In this document: one piece after another, positions 46,895 through 58,356 of the stretch
How the letters are laid out: each line of letters starts with the position of its first letter
Numbering within the stretch: the first letter of the stretch is position 1
NCBI GenBank assembly: GCA_046295055.1
Contig: JBKBOD010000005.1
Span: 214,694 to 278,693 of the forward strand
Reading direction: 5' to 3'
Origin: Caulobacter sp.
GTDB lineage: Bacteria > Pseudomonadota > Alphaproteobacteria > Caulobacterales > Caulobacteraceae
Length of the DNA stretch: 64,000 nucleotides
Notes under the pieces: model-generated
Database searches by the model: none
Told to the model about the DNA's origin: nothing
What the model saw: only the letters and a program-made list of their open reading frames with translations
Program-made: the position numbers and the translations under genes

Positions 46895-46994
46895 GAACCT
46901 ATCGCGCGCCCGGCCCTTGCACAGAAAGGCCTCTCGCCCGATATTACAAACGGAACACCCCCCTTCGGGGATGCAACGCAAAGGGTTTGACTTC

Positions 46995-47747
46995 ATGAGC
47001 CACTTCGAACGCGGCCATTCGCGCTCGATCCCGACCGCCGACATGTCGGTGGACGCCGGTCTGCGCAGCTTCATGCTCGGCGTCTACAACAAGATGGCGC
47101 TGGGTCTCGTGGTTTCGGCGGCCCTCGCCTACGCCGTGGCGAACTTCCCGCCGGTGCGCGACCTGCTGTACGTGGTGAACCCGGCGACGGGCGCCCTGGC
47201 CGGCTACACCATCTTCGGCGTGATCCTGGCCTTCGCCCCGCTGGTTCTGGTGCTGGGCGCCGGCTTCATCATGCGCAATCCGAGCCCCGCGGCTTCCGGC
47301 GCGCTGTACTGGACCATCGTCAGCGTCATCGGCGCTTCGGGCGCGGTCTGGGTGCTGCGCTACACCGGCGCCTCGATCGCCTCGACCTTCCTGATCACGG
47401 CCACCGCCTTCGGCGCGTTGAGCCTGTTCGGCTACACGACCAAGAAGGACCTGTCGGGCATCGGCTCGTTCCTGATCATGGCCGTCTGGGGCCTGATCGT
47501 GGCCTCGATCGCCAACTGGATCTTCAAGTCGCCGATGATGCACCTGATCATCAGCGTCGCCGGCGTGCTGATCTTCGCCGGTCTGACCGCCTACGACACT
47601 CAGCGGCTGAAGCTGACCTACTACGAGATCCAGGGCGACGAGCGCTCGATGGCCGTGGCCACCAACTACGGCGCGCTGAGCCTGTACCTGGACTTCATCA
47701 ACCTGTTCCAGTTCCTGCTCGCCCTGCTGGGCGGCCGCCGCGAATAG
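46995..47747 (+). CDS. Bax inhibitor-1/YccA family membrane protein
   Basis: DAGLRSFMLGVYNKMALGL... with seven TM segments and a C-terminal ..YLDFINLFQFLL. The ORF was trimmed to MSHFERG. Confidence 0.85.
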   Translation: MSHFERGHSRSIPTADMSVDAGLRSFMLGVYNKMALGLVVSAALAYAVANFPPVRDLLYVVNPATGALAGYTIFGVILAFAPLVLVLGAGFIMRNPSPAASGALYWTIVSVIGASGAVWVLRYTGASIASTFLITATAFGALSLFGYTTKKDLSGIGSFLIMAVWGLIVASIANWIFKSPMMHLIISVAGVLIFAGLTAYDTQRLKLTYYEIQGDERSMAVATNYGALSLYLDFINLFQFLLALLGGRRE

Positions 47748-47773
47748 CGGCCGGCGGAAGCCAGAACGACGAA

Positions 47774-47803
47774 GGCCCCGGTTTCGCCGGGGCCTTTTTC
47801 TTT
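47774..47803 (+). terminator. intrinsic terminator
   Basis: ggccccgg-tttcg-ccggggcc followed by tttttcttt. Confidence 0.8.
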
Positions 47804-47828
47804 GTCCGCGCGCCCGGAAGCGGAGGCG

Positions 47829-48161
47829 TCACTCCACGACCTGGAAGCGCTTCTTGTCGAAGAACCGCAGCAGCGGCCCCAGTTCATGCCCGCGCCGCAG
47901 GATCATGCCGCCCTGGCCATGGATCGCCCAGGCGCCCTGGCGGCGGGCCAGGGCCGGGGTCTTCTCGATGCGGTAGAGGGGGTTCTCGCCGGTACGGCGG
48001 AAGACACAGAAGACTGCCCGGTCGCGCAGGCCGCCCATCGCATAGTCGCGCCATTCGCCCGCGGCCACCATGCGGCCGTAGAGGCGCATCAGTTCGTCCA
48101 GTTCCCGCCGCTCGAAGAAGATCTGGGCGACGGGCAAGGGCTCTGTCGGATCAAGGCTCAT
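47829..48161 (-). CDS. DUF2794-like protein
   Basis: The 110-aa sequence ...VAQIFFERRELDELMRLYGRMVAAGEWRDYA... resembles DUF2794 as I recall it. The ORF was trimmed to MSLDPTE. Confidence 0.6.
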   Translation of the reverse strand: MSLDPTEPLPVAQIFFERRELDELMRLYGRMVAAGEWRDYAMGGLRDRAVFCVFRRTGENPLYRIEKTPALARRQGAWAIHGQGGMILRRGHELGPLLRFFDKKRFQVVE

Positions 48162-48304
48162 GCTCGTGAAGCGCAGCCTAGAACCGGATCGGGCGCGTGA
48201 AAACCCGTTTTCCGGCAGGCCTGGCGCAGGCTGAAACATCAGCGCTACAGACGCCCCGCAATGACCTTATTTCCGACCCGCACTCGCCCCCTTGGGCCCC
48301 CAGA

Positions 48305-48466
48305 TTGTAGCTGTCGGTTGATCGGAGACACCCTCGGTCCCGGATCCTGAACAGCCCCCCCAGCCCCCTGGGACCCACGGGCCGGTCAGCCGACACCCCT
48401 CCTCCCGGAGGGAAACAACGGAACCCGCGTCGCACACCCTCCCCCCGGCGACGCGGGTTTTTTGTT
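48305..48466 (+). ncRNA. candidate structured sRNA with a CCUCCUCCC motif and C-rich loops (the 5' end is a guess)
   Basis: A 14-bp helix (48312-48325 with 48382-48395) encloses an inner ggtccc/gggacc stem and a C-rich apical region. An exact cctcctccc lies at 48398-48406. An 11-bp terminator stem (acccgcgtcgc 48423-48433 with gcgacgcgggt 48448-48458) has the loop acaccctccccccg and a T6 tail. No credible ORF is present. Confidence 0.45.
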
Positions 48467-48573
48467 GCGCGCTTCCTTTGTCCGCGTCCGGCCGGCGGCT
48501 TACGCCACGGCGCCGTTCCCTTGCCGGCCCGCGCCTGCTTCCATGGCGCAAAAGCGGACCAGGGAGCAGGCCG

Positions 48574-49329
48574 ATGACCATGGAAGAGATGTCGGGAAAC
48601 AGGCTGGCGGGCCGACGGGCCATCGTCACCGGGGCGGCCAGCGGGATCGGCCGGGCGACGGCGGAACTCTTCGCGGCGCAGGGCGCCCAGGTGCTGGCCG
48701 TGGACCGGCCGGATGCGAACCTGGACTTCAGGGATGGCGCGATCGTCCCGCTCGGCCAGGACATCAGCGCCGACGATGGTCCGGACCGCATCATCGGCCT
48801 GGCGGTCGAGCGCTTCGGCGGGCTGGACATCCTCTACAACAACGCCGGGATCAGCCACGGCGCCCCGGTGGCCGACACGACCGACGAGGCCTTCGACCGG
48901 CTGGTGGCTGTCAATCTGCGGGCCGCCTTCCGGCTATCGCGCGCGGCCACGCCGCATCTGGTCGAAAGCGGCCGGGGGCGGCTGATCTTCACGGCCTCGA
49001 TCATGGCCCGGCACACCGACAACGGCCTGGTCGCCTATTCGGCCTCGAAGGCGGGGGTGGTCGGCATGATGCGAACCTTCGCCCTGGAGCTGGGCCGCCA
49101 TGCGGTGACCGCCAACGCCATCCTGCCCGGCGCCATCGCCACGGGGATGACGGCCGCCAGCTTCCAGCGCGAGGACGTCGCCAACATCTGGGCGAAGAAG
49201 GCGGCGCTCAAGCGGCTGGGACAGCCGATCGACATCGCCCGCGCGGCCCTGTTCTTGGCCAGCGACGACGGCGGCTTCGTCACCGGCCAGGCGCTGGGCG
49301 TCGACGGGGGCCTGATGCTGCGGGTGTGA
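48574..49329 (+). CDS. SDR family oxidoreductase (FabG-like)
   Basis: AIVTGAASGIGRA, NNAG and YSASKAGVVGM. gggag lies 7 nt upstream of the ATG. Confidence 0.85.
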   Translation: MTMEEMSGNRLAGRRAIVTGAASGIGRATAELFAAQGAQVLAVDRPDANLDFRDGAIVPLGQDISADDGPDRIIGLAVERFGGLDILYNNAGISHGAPVADTTDEAFDRLVAVNLRAAFRLSRAATPHLVESGRGRLIFTASIMARHTDNGLVAYSASKAGVVGMMRTFALELGRHAVTANAILPGAIATGMTAASFQREDVANIWAKKAALKRLGQPIDIARAALFLASDDGGFVTGQALGVDGGLMLRV

Positions 49330-49341
49330 GGGCGGAAGCGG

Positions 49342-50052
49342 CTACTGGCCGCCGGGCTCGACCAGGACGCCGATGATCCGGCCGCCGCGCGCGCCCTGGA
49401 CGATGACGGCCGTCTTCAGGCCTTCCTCCTCGGCCTTGGGCAGGCGGAAGGCGGTGGGACGGCCATACCAGCCGCCGAGGCGGACCATCTGGCGCACCAC
49501 GTTGCGATGGACCAGCGTCTCGCCGCGATTGTCGCCGCGCCGGGGGGTCACCTCGATCTGGCGAGGATCGAACCGGACCAGCCAGACCTCGGCGCCGCCG
49601 CGCGGCACGGGGCCGGAACCGACGGCGACCTTGCCGTTGACCATGAACAGCATGTCGGGCGGGTTGCGCGCATCGGCGGCGGCTTTGGCGACCAGTTCGT
49701 CCACCTGGTCGGAGCGCACGCCGCCGGTCTGGTAGCGGCCGTTGACGACCACCTGCGGCGTGTAGACCTCGCGGATCGCCATGGTCTTGGCGTAGGCGCG
49801 CTGACGCTCGGCGAAGAGCGGCTGGGCGAAGGTGTCGGGCCAGCCCAGATAGTCCCAGTAGTCCACCGCGAATGTCAGGGCCAGGACGCCCGGCTGGTCC
49901 GCCAGCTGGGCCAGGTGGTCGTTTGCCGCGCGGCAGGAGGAGCACCCCTGGGCGGTGTAGAGCTCGACCACGACCGGCGGCTTGGGCGCGGCGGCCGGCG
50001 CCGAGACCGGCGCGAACGCCAGGAGCAGGAGGGGCAGGAGGAGGCGCATCAT
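49342..50052 (-). CDS. DUF1223-like exported thioredoxin-fold protein
   Basis: A signal peptide, then VVELYTAQGCSSCRAAN...FAVDYWDYLGWPDTFA. Confidence 0.7.
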   Translation of the reverse strand: MMRLLLPLLLLAFAPVSAPAAAPKPPVVVELYTAQGCSSCRAANDHLAQLADQPGVLALTFAVDYWDYLGWPDTFAQPLFAERQRAYAKTMAIREVYTPQVVVNGRYQTGGVRSDQVDELVAKAAADARNPPDMLFMVNGKVAVGSGPVPRGGAEVWLVRFDPRQIEVTPRRGDNRGETLVHRNVVRQMVRLGGWYGRPTAFRLPKAEEEGLKTAVIVQGARGGRIIGVLVEPGGQ

Positions 50053-50120
50053 TGCGCCGCTATTAAGCGGATCGCGGGGTGACTTGGGGGTCACGAGGCC
50101 GTGAAGCGGACGGGACCGGC

Positions 50121-50157
50121 CAAAGGAAAGGGGCCGGGCGATCGCTCGCCCGGCCCC
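50121..50157 (-). terminator. hairpin terminator after acnA
   Basis: ggggccgggcga-tcgc-tcgcccggcccc. Read on the minus strand, it is followed by tttcctttgg. Confidence 0.55.
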
Positions 50158-50181
50158 TGAACCATCCTGGCCGAAAGCGCC

Positions 50182-52881
<2,700 letters not shown>

Positions 52882-53067
52882 ATTGGGGATACCTTTCCTG
52901 TTCAGGGCCGCCCGAAAACCGCTCCCGGGATCGCGCGCATGTCGGTGGGGACGCACAGGGTCCCGACCGGCGCCGCGTACACCCCCGCGCGTGCGCGGGA
53001 GGTCGACCGCGCGCTGCATAGCGCCGCTCGCGACAAACGTCCATGCACACGCCATGGACTTTGCGAA

Positions 53068-53685
53068 ATGATCGCCGCCCTCGCCATCGAGGACCTGGCC
53101 ATCCGCCGGGGAGAGCGGACGCTGTTCGCGGGGCTCAGCCTGGGGCTGGCGGCCGGTGAGGCCGTGGCCCTGACCGGGGCCAACGGATCGGGCAAGACCT
53201 CGCTGCTGCGGGCGGTCGCGGGGCTGTTGCGGCCGGAGGCGGGCGAGATCCGGTTCGAGGACGCGGCCGGCGCGGCGCTGGAGGCGGAAGACGCCCGGGC
53301 CGACGCCATCCACCTGCTGGGGCACGCCGATGGCCTGAAGGGCGACCGGACGGGCCGCGAGGAACTGGATTTCCAGGCCGCCTGGCTGGGCGGCGGGCCG
53401 GAGGGCGTGCGGCGCGCGGTGGAGCGGCTGGCGCTCGGCCCGCTGCTCGACCTGGAGGTCCGCCGGCTGTCGGCCGGCCAGCGACGGCGCCTGGCCCTCG
53501 CGCGACTGATCGCCGCGCCCCGGGCCCTGTGGCTGCTGGACGAGCCGATGGCGCCGCTGGACGCCGAGCGCAGGGCCCTGCTGGCCGCCCTGATGGCCGA
53601 ACACCTGGCCGGCGGCGGGCTGATCCTGGCCGCCGTGCATGATCCCCTGCCGGTCGCCCACCGCGTCGCCGAGGTGAAGGCGTGA
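53068..53685 (+). CDS. ccmA: heme exporter ATP-binding protein CcmA
   Basis: Walker [10 protein letters not shown], the signature [14 protein letters not shown], and Walker B LWLLDEP. The gene is followed by ccmB. Confidence 0.85.
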   Translation: MIAALAIEDLAIRRGERTLFAGLSLGLAAGEAVALTGANGSGKTSLLRAVAGLLRPEAGEIRFEDAAGAALEAEDARADAIHLLGHADGLKGDRTGREELDFQAAWLGGGPEGVRRAVERLALGPLLDLEVRRLSAGQRRRLALARLIAAPRALWLLDEPMAPLDAERRALLAALMAEHLAGGGLILAAVHDPLPVAHRVAEVKA

Positions 53686-54347
53686 GCCCGCTGGCCGCCC
53701 TGTTCCAGCGCGAGCTGGCGATCGCCTGGGGGCGCGGCGGCGGGCCCTTGCCGGCCCTGGCCTTCTATGCCGCCCTCGCGGTCATCCTGCCGCTGGCGGC
53801 GGGGCCGGAGACCGAGCGGCTGGCGCCGGTCGCCCCCGGCGTCGCCTGGATGGCCCTGGCCCTGGCCAGCCTGCTGTCGCTGGAACGGCTGTTCTCGCGC
53901 GATCTGGAGGACGGCGGGCTCGACCTGATGATCACCGGCCCGGCTCCGCTGGAGCTGGTCTGCGCGGCCAAGGCCGCCGCCCAGTGGCTGACGACGGGCG
54001 CGCCGCTGGCGCTCGCCTCGCCCCTCTTCGCCCTGATGCTGGGGGCCCCGGTCGCCCAGCTGCCGCTGATCGGCCTGGTCGGCCTGCTGGGCGCGCTGGC
54101 CTTCGGCTTCACCGGCGGGGTCGGCGCGGCCCTGGCCCTGGGCGCGCGGCGCGGGGGGCTGCTGGTGGCCGTGATCGTGCTGCCGCTCTTCTGTCCGCCG
54201 GTTATATTCGGCGGGGTGCTGCTGCACTCGGCGGCCCAGGGCGCGCCGGAGCTGGCCGGCCTCTGGCTGCTCGCCGGCTGGACCGCCGCCGCCGTCGCGC
54301 TGGGTCCGGTGGCCATGGCCGCTGCCTGCCGCAACGCAGTGGGCTGA
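53682..54347 (+). CDS. ccmB: heme exporter permease CcmB
   Basis: 221-aa six-TM ORF ([14 protein letters not shown]...). The GTG start overlaps the ccmA stop. Confidence 0.85.
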   Translation: MSPLAALFQRELAIAWGRGGGPLPALAFYAALAVILPLAAGPETERLAPVAPGVAWMALALASLLSLERLFSRDLEDGGLDLMITGPAPLELVCAAKAAAQWLTTGAPLALASPLFALMLGAPVAQLPLIGLVGLLGALAFGFTGGVGAALALGARRGGLLVAVIVLPLFCPPVIFGGVLLHSAAQGAPELAGLWLLAGWTAAAVALGPVAMAAACRNAVG

Positions 54348-54440
54348 GACGCTACAGAGCCGCAACAAATCCGGCGCATGCGGACATTCGGGCGCCACAG
54401 ACGCAGACCATGGTTCTTCCACCAATCGGGGAGATCCCAC

Positions 54441-55187
54441 ATGAAGACCATCCTTCGCCATGCCGGCCTGCTGGCCGGCGCCGCCTTCGTTCTCAGCGCC
54501 GGAACCGCCCTGGCGGGCGATCCGCCCAAGCCCGCCGACGGCCGGAAGGTCGAGAAGACCGAGCGGCGCGTCGTCGTCCGCGGCGGCCCCGGCGTTTCGC
54601 GCGGCCATATGATGAACCCCGAGGCCCGGGCCCAGCATCTGCGCGACGTGCTGCAGCTTCGGCCCGACCAGGAGCCGGCGCTGAAGGCCTATCTCGAGGC
54701 GACCACGCCGAAGATGCGGGTCCGCAAGGCCGGTCCAGACGGCAAGCCGGCCCCAGGCGCGGGCGAACCGGGCAAGCCGCCCGAGCGGCGCGCCCTGACC
54801 ACGCCCGAGCGGCTGGACATGCAGGCCAAGATGATGGCCGCGCGCCAGGCGGCGTTCGAGAAGCGCGCCGCGGCGACCCGCACCTTCTACGCCGCCCTGT
54901 CGCCCTCGCAGCAGAAGGCCTTCGACGCCCTGCACGCGCGCGGCGGCCGCATGGGCGGGCCGGGTCGCCGGGTCATCCGCATGGCCGGTCCCGGCGGCGA
55001 CTGGACGCCCAAGGGCGCGCCCGGCGAGCCGATGGCGATGCAGGCGGGTCCCGAGGCCCCGGTGATGGCCTTCGCCATGATCGAGGCGGGCGACGAGGAC
55101 ATGATGCTGTTTGGCCCGGACGACGGCGGCGAGATCGAGATCCTCATCGGCGATGGCGCGGGTCTCGACTGGGAAGAAGCCGAGTAG
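54441..55187 (+). CDS. periplasmic LTXXQ-motif (Spy/CpxP/ZraP-like) protein inserted between ccmB and ccmC
   Basis: Signal peptide MKTILRHAGLLAGAAFVLSAGTALA, two LTXXQ-like motifs (LRPDQEPAL, LSPSQQKAF), and an acidic C-terminus. ggggag lies upstream of the ATG. Confidence 0.6.
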   Translation: MKTILRHAGLLAGAAFVLSAGTALAGDPPKPADGRKVEKTERRVVVRGGPGVSRGHMMNPEARAQHLRDVLQLRPDQEPALKAYLEATTPKMRVRKAGPDGKPAPGAGEPGKPPERRALTTPERLDMQAKMMAARQAAFEKRAAATRTFYAALSPSQQKAFDALHARGGRMGGPGRRVIRMAGPGGDWTPKGAPGEPMAMQAGPEAPVMAFAMIEAGDEDMMLFGPDDGGEIEILIGDGAGLDWEEAE

Positions 55188-55248
55188 CGGCCGACCCCGG
55201 ACCAGATGTCGCCTTGCCCGCCGCCTGTCCGGAGGATAGACGGCGGGC

Positions 55249-55971
55249 ATGGTCGCCTTCCTGGCCAATCCCAAGGCTTTCATGGCCTTTTCGCGCATCG
55301 CCGCGCCCGTGCTGGGCGTCGCGACGGCGCTGGCGCTTTGCATTGGCCTCTGGCTCGGCTTCTCGGCCCCCGAGGACTACCAGCAGGGCGACACCATCCG
55401 GATCATGTTCATCCATGTGCCGGCCGCCTGGACGGCGATGTTCGCCTATGTCTGCCTGGGCGTGGCCAGCCTGCTGAGCCTGGTCTGGCGCCATGCCCTG
55501 GCGGACCTGGCCGGCAAGGCCATCGCCCCGCTCGGGGCGGGCTTCACCTTCCTGGCCCTGGTCACCGGCTCGCTCTGGGGCCGGCCGACCTGGGGGACCT
55601 GGTGGGAGTGGGACGGGCGGATGACCAGCGTGCTGGTCCTGTTCCTGCTCTGGATGGGCTACATCGCCCTGCGCGGGGCCATCGACGACGAGACGCGCGC
55701 CGGCCGCGCGGCGGCCATCCTGGCGCTGGCAGGAGTCATCAACATCCCGGTGATCCACTTCTCGGTCTACTGGTGGAACAGCCTGCACCAGGGCAGTTCG
55801 ACCTTCCGCGCCGAGGCCGGCGACGGCCTGCCGGCGGTCTATTTCACGCCCCTGATCATCATGGGTCTGGCCTATATGGGCCTGCTCGGCGCGCTGTGGC
55901 TGGTCCGCATCCGGGCCGAGGTCTGGCGGCGGCAGGCGCGGGCCCAGGCCCTGCGCGCGGCGGAGGGCTGA
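55249..55971 (+). CDS. ccmC: heme lyase/exporter component CcmC
   Basis: WWD-type motif WGRPTWGTWWEWDGRMTS with conserved His-containing loops. Confidence 0.9.
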   Translation: MVAFLANPKAFMAFSRIAAPVLGVATALALCIGLWLGFSAPEDYQQGDTIRIMFIHVPAAWTAMFAYVCLGVASLLSLVWRHALADLAGKAIAPLGAGFTFLALVTGSLWGRPTWGTWWEWDGRMTSVLVLFLLWMGYIALRGAIDDETRAGRAAAILALAGVINIPVIHFSVYWWNSLHQGSSTFRAEAGDGLPAVYFTPLIIMGLAYMGLLGALWLVRIRAEVWRRQARAQALRAAEG

Positions 55972-55976
55972 CGGCC

Positions 55977-56132
55977 ATGCCCGACCTCGACGCCGGACAA
56001 TACGCCGCCTTCGTCTGGCCGGCCTTCGGCATCACTGCCCTCGTGCTGGGCTGGATGGTGGTCGACAGCCTGGCGCGGGCGCGGCGCTGGAAGCGCGAGG
56101 CCAGCCGCCACAGCCGCGACGCCGACGCATGA
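55977..56132 (+). CDS. ccmD: heme exporter protein CcmD (51 aa)
   Basis: Small single-TM ORF (YAAFVWPAFGITALVLGWMVV...) between ccmC and ccmG. Its stop overlaps the ccmG ATG (ATGA). Confidence 0.7.
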   Translation: MPDLDAGQYAAFVWPAFGITALVLGWMVVDSLARARRWKREASRHSRDADA

Positions 56133-56644
56133 AGCGCCTGTTCGCCCTGCTGCCTCTGGCGGCCCTGATCCTGCTGGGGGTGCTGTTCGCCGGCTACTCG
56201 CTGAAGCGCGATCCCAACGTGCAGACCAAGGCCCTGGTCGGCCGGCCGGTTCCGGCGATCAGCCTGCCGGCGCTGGAGACCGGGCGGCCGGAAGCGGTGG
56301 CGGAAGCCGCGGCGGACGGGCCCTATCTGGTCAACTTCTTCGCCAGCTGGTGCGCGCCCTGCGAGATCGAGCACCCGGTGCTGATGCGGCTCAAGGCCGA
56401 AGGGGTGCGGGTCGTCGGGGTCGCCTACAAGGATGCGCCGGACAACAGCCGGGCCTTCCTGACGCGGCTGGGCGATCCGTTCGCGCGGCGGCTCAGCGAC
56501 CGGGACGGCCGGGCGGGGCTGGAATTCGGGGTGACCGGGGTGCCGGAGACCTATCTGGTCGGGGCGGACGGGGTGATCATCGACAAGCATGTCGGCGAAC
56601 TGACCCCGGAGTCGGCCAAGGCCCTGCTGGCCAAGGCGCGTTAA
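56129..56644 (+). CDS. ccmG: thiol:disulfide interchange protein CcmG/DsbE
   Basis: A membrane anchor, then FFASWCAPCEIEHP and GVTGVPETYLV. Confidence 0.9.
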   Translation: MKRLFALLPLAALILLGVLFAGYSLKRDPNVQTKALVGRPVPAISLPALETGRPEAVAEAAADGPYLVNFFASWCAPCEIEHPVLMRLKAEGVRVVGVAYKDAPDNSRAFLTRLGDPFARRLSDRDGRAGLEFGVTGVPETYLVGADGVIIDKHVGELTPESAKALLAKAR

Positions 56645-56656
56645 CGCGCGCTTAAC
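56641..56656. promoter_or_regulatory. perfect CtrA-type box TTAA-N7-TTAAC
   Basis: ttaacgcgcgcttaac overlaps the ccmG TAA stop. A further gttaac half-site lies at 56664-56669. The box is about 50 nt upstream of the GTG at 56707. Confidence 0.5.
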
Positions 56657-56706
56657 CCTGATCGTTAACCTTTCGGACATCCGCCCACCGCTTCGAGAGT
56701 CCGTCG

Positions 56707-56973
56707 GTGTCCGACATCCGTCCCGCCATCTGGCCTGCCGTGCAGCCTCCGGCCAACCGGCCCCAGCGGCCAGCCGCGGAGGGCGGGCGGGCGGCCTTCT
56801 TCCAGGCGGCCCTCAGCCAGGCGGGGGTGAGCCAGGCCGGTGCGCCGGCGGTGGTTCAGGAGGCGGCTCCGGCGGGGGGCGGGTATGCGGCGCGGCCGGC
56901 GCCGGCGGTCCTGCCCGAGGAGCCGCCGAAGAAGATCCTGCGGCCGGGGTCGATCCTCGACATCAAGGTCTGA
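56707..56973 (+). CDS. small Pro/Ala-rich hypothetical protein (coding status uncertain)
   Basis: 88-aa ORF with a GTG start, low-complexity sequence, and the C-terminal sequence KILRPGSILDIKV. It is supported only by the upstream CtrA-like box and the lack of a competing ORF. Confidence 0.35.
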   Translation: MSDIRPAIWPAVQPPANRPQRPAAEGGRAAFFQAALSQAGVSQAGAPAVVQEAAPAGGGYAARPAPAVLPEEPPKKILRPGSILDIKV

Positions 56974-57162
56974 GGGGCCCCACGGGCGAAAAAACGCGGC
57001 GAGGGGGTTCGGGGCGGTTCCGGCCCGATCCTGTGGGAACAGTGGCTGTACAGCCGTGGGCCGGATGCGGGGACCTTGTAGGTCGACGGTGGGTATCGGC
57101 ATGACAGCGGCGGGGCGTTGTGGGGCTACAATACCCACGCCCCCGTCGATGACTTGTCGCCG

Positions 57163-57435
57163 CTAGCGATCCTCGTCGAATCGGTTGGCGACGAGGTCGC
57201 AGAGGGCCTCGAGGGCCTCGGTCGCCTCGGGGCCGTCGGTGACGATCTCGATGGTCGAACCGATGCCGGCCGCCAGCATCATCAGCCCCATGATCGAGCG
57301 GGCGTCGACCGTCTGGCCGTCGCGGCTGACCTTGATCTCGGCGTCGAAGCCGCTGGCCATCTTGACGAACTTGGCCGAGGCGCGGGCGTGCAGGCCGCGC
57401 TCGTTGACGATGGGGACGATCCGGCTGCGGCTCAC
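57163..57435 (-). CDS. HPr/NPr family phosphocarrier protein
   Basis: NERGLHARASAKF (phospho-His) and DARSIMGLMML (regulatory Ser). The GTG start overlaps the EIIA stop (GTGA). Confidence 0.9.
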   Translation of the reverse strand: MSRSRIVPIVNERGLHARASAKFVKMASGFDAEIKVSRDGQTVDARSIMGLMMLAAGIGSTIEIVTDGPEATEALEALCDLVANRFDEDR

Positions 57436-57836
57436 TTTTCCGCCGCGAGCATGTAGGAGGCGACGGCGATGTACTTGCGGCCGGCGTCCTGGGCATGGTG
57501 GACGCAGGCCTCCAGCGGCTCACGCGTGCGCAGCGAGGCCAGCTTGATCAGCATCGGCAGGTTCAGCCCGGCGATCACCTCGGCCTTGGTCTGCTCCATG
57601 ACGCTGATGGCCAGGTTGGACGGCGTGCCGCCGAACATGTCGGTCAACAGGATGACGCCCTGGCCGGTATCGACCTCGCCACAGGCGCGCAGGATGTCCT
57701 TGCGGCGCTTTTCCATGTCGTCCTCGGGACCGATGCAGATGGCCGCGACCCGTTCCTGCGGGCCGACCACATGCTCCATCGCGAAGATGAACTCTTCCGC
57801 CAGACGCCCGTGCGTGACGATCACGAGGCCGATCAT
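57432..57836 (-). CDS. PTS EIIA component, mannose type (PTS-Ntr branch)
   Basis: MIGLVIVTHGRLAEEF... (phospho-His in VTHG) and LTDMFGGTPSN. The ORF was trimmed to this ATG. Confidence 0.85.
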   Translation of the reverse strand: MIGLVIVTHGRLAEEFIFAMEHVVGPQERVAAICIGPEDDMEKRRKDILRACGEVDTGQGVILLTDMFGGTPSNLAISVMEQTKAEVIAGLNLPMLIKLASLRTREPLEACVHHAQDAGRKYIAVASYMLAAEK

Positions 57837-57924
57837 GACTGCAGTTTCAAGAGACGAACCCCTGTCCTTGAGTCGGCGCCCCGTCCCCTGGGCTCCGGCC
57901 GCGAGAGGCGACTTGATACGCCGG

Positions 57925-58356
57925 TCAGGCGTCGGGTCCAAGCTGTTCCAGCAGCATTCGGACTTTCAGCGGCGCGGCGGGTTCGAAAGGCCACAGGGGG
58001 CGCAACGGCAGGGCGACGCCCAGGCGCCCGGTCGTTTCACCCGGCATGCGCTCGACCTCGCCGGGCGCCGACAGCAGGGGGCAGACCACGACGATGCGGC
58101 AGAAGGGCAGGGCCGGCGCCGGCGCGACGCCGAGGCCGCGCACCTCGATCAGTCCCGCCAGGCTGGGCGGGGCGCGGCCGTAGAGGCGGCCGGCGTCGAC
58201 CCAGAGGCTGACCCGGTCGTCGGCGACGAGGGCCAGCCCCGCCGCCATGGCGCGCAGGGCCAGATCGCTCTTTCCCGCCCCCGAAGGGCCTTCCAGCAGG
58301 GCGCCGCGCCAGAGCCCGCCGACGCGGGCGGCGACCAGGCCGGCATGGGCGATCAC
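57925..58356 (-). CDS. hprK: truncated HPr kinase/phosphorylase (C-terminal domain only)
   Basis: P-loop GPSGAGKSDLAL, ADDRV and IEVRGLG. Only 143 aa, as is typical of alphaproteobacterial HprK. The GTG start overlaps the chvG stop. Confidence 0.85.
   Translation of the reverse strand: MIAHAGLVAARVGGLWRGALLEGPSGAGKSDLALRAMAAGLALVADDRVSLWVDAGRLYGRAPPSLAGLIEVRGLGVAPAPALPFCRIVVVCPLLSAPGEVERMPGETTGRLGVALPLRPLWPFEPAAPLKVRMLLEQLGPDA

Noticed and set aside
48330-48365. A possible SRP (4.5S) RNA. The sequence ggtcccggatcctgaacagcc vaguely resembles the conserved GGUCCGGAAGGAAGCAGCC of helix 8.
   Set aside because: The conserved GGAA/GCA asymmetric-loop residues are not reproduced, and the surrounding helices do not match the SRP RNA architecture. 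The region is treated as part of the candidate sRNA instead.
56664-56669. A second full CtrA box formed by the TTAAC at 56652 and the TTAAC at 56665.
   Set aside because: The spacing between the TTAA cores is 9 nt, not 7. Only 56641-56656 is a canonical full site, so the third element is treated as a half-site.
57090-57140. An inverted repeat GTGGGTAT...ATACCCAC downstream of the NPr gene, considered as a possible terminator or small RNA.
   Set aside because: The 8-bp stem encloses a roughly 34-nt loop, there is no U-tract on either strand, and there is no promoter-like element. The evidence is insufficient.
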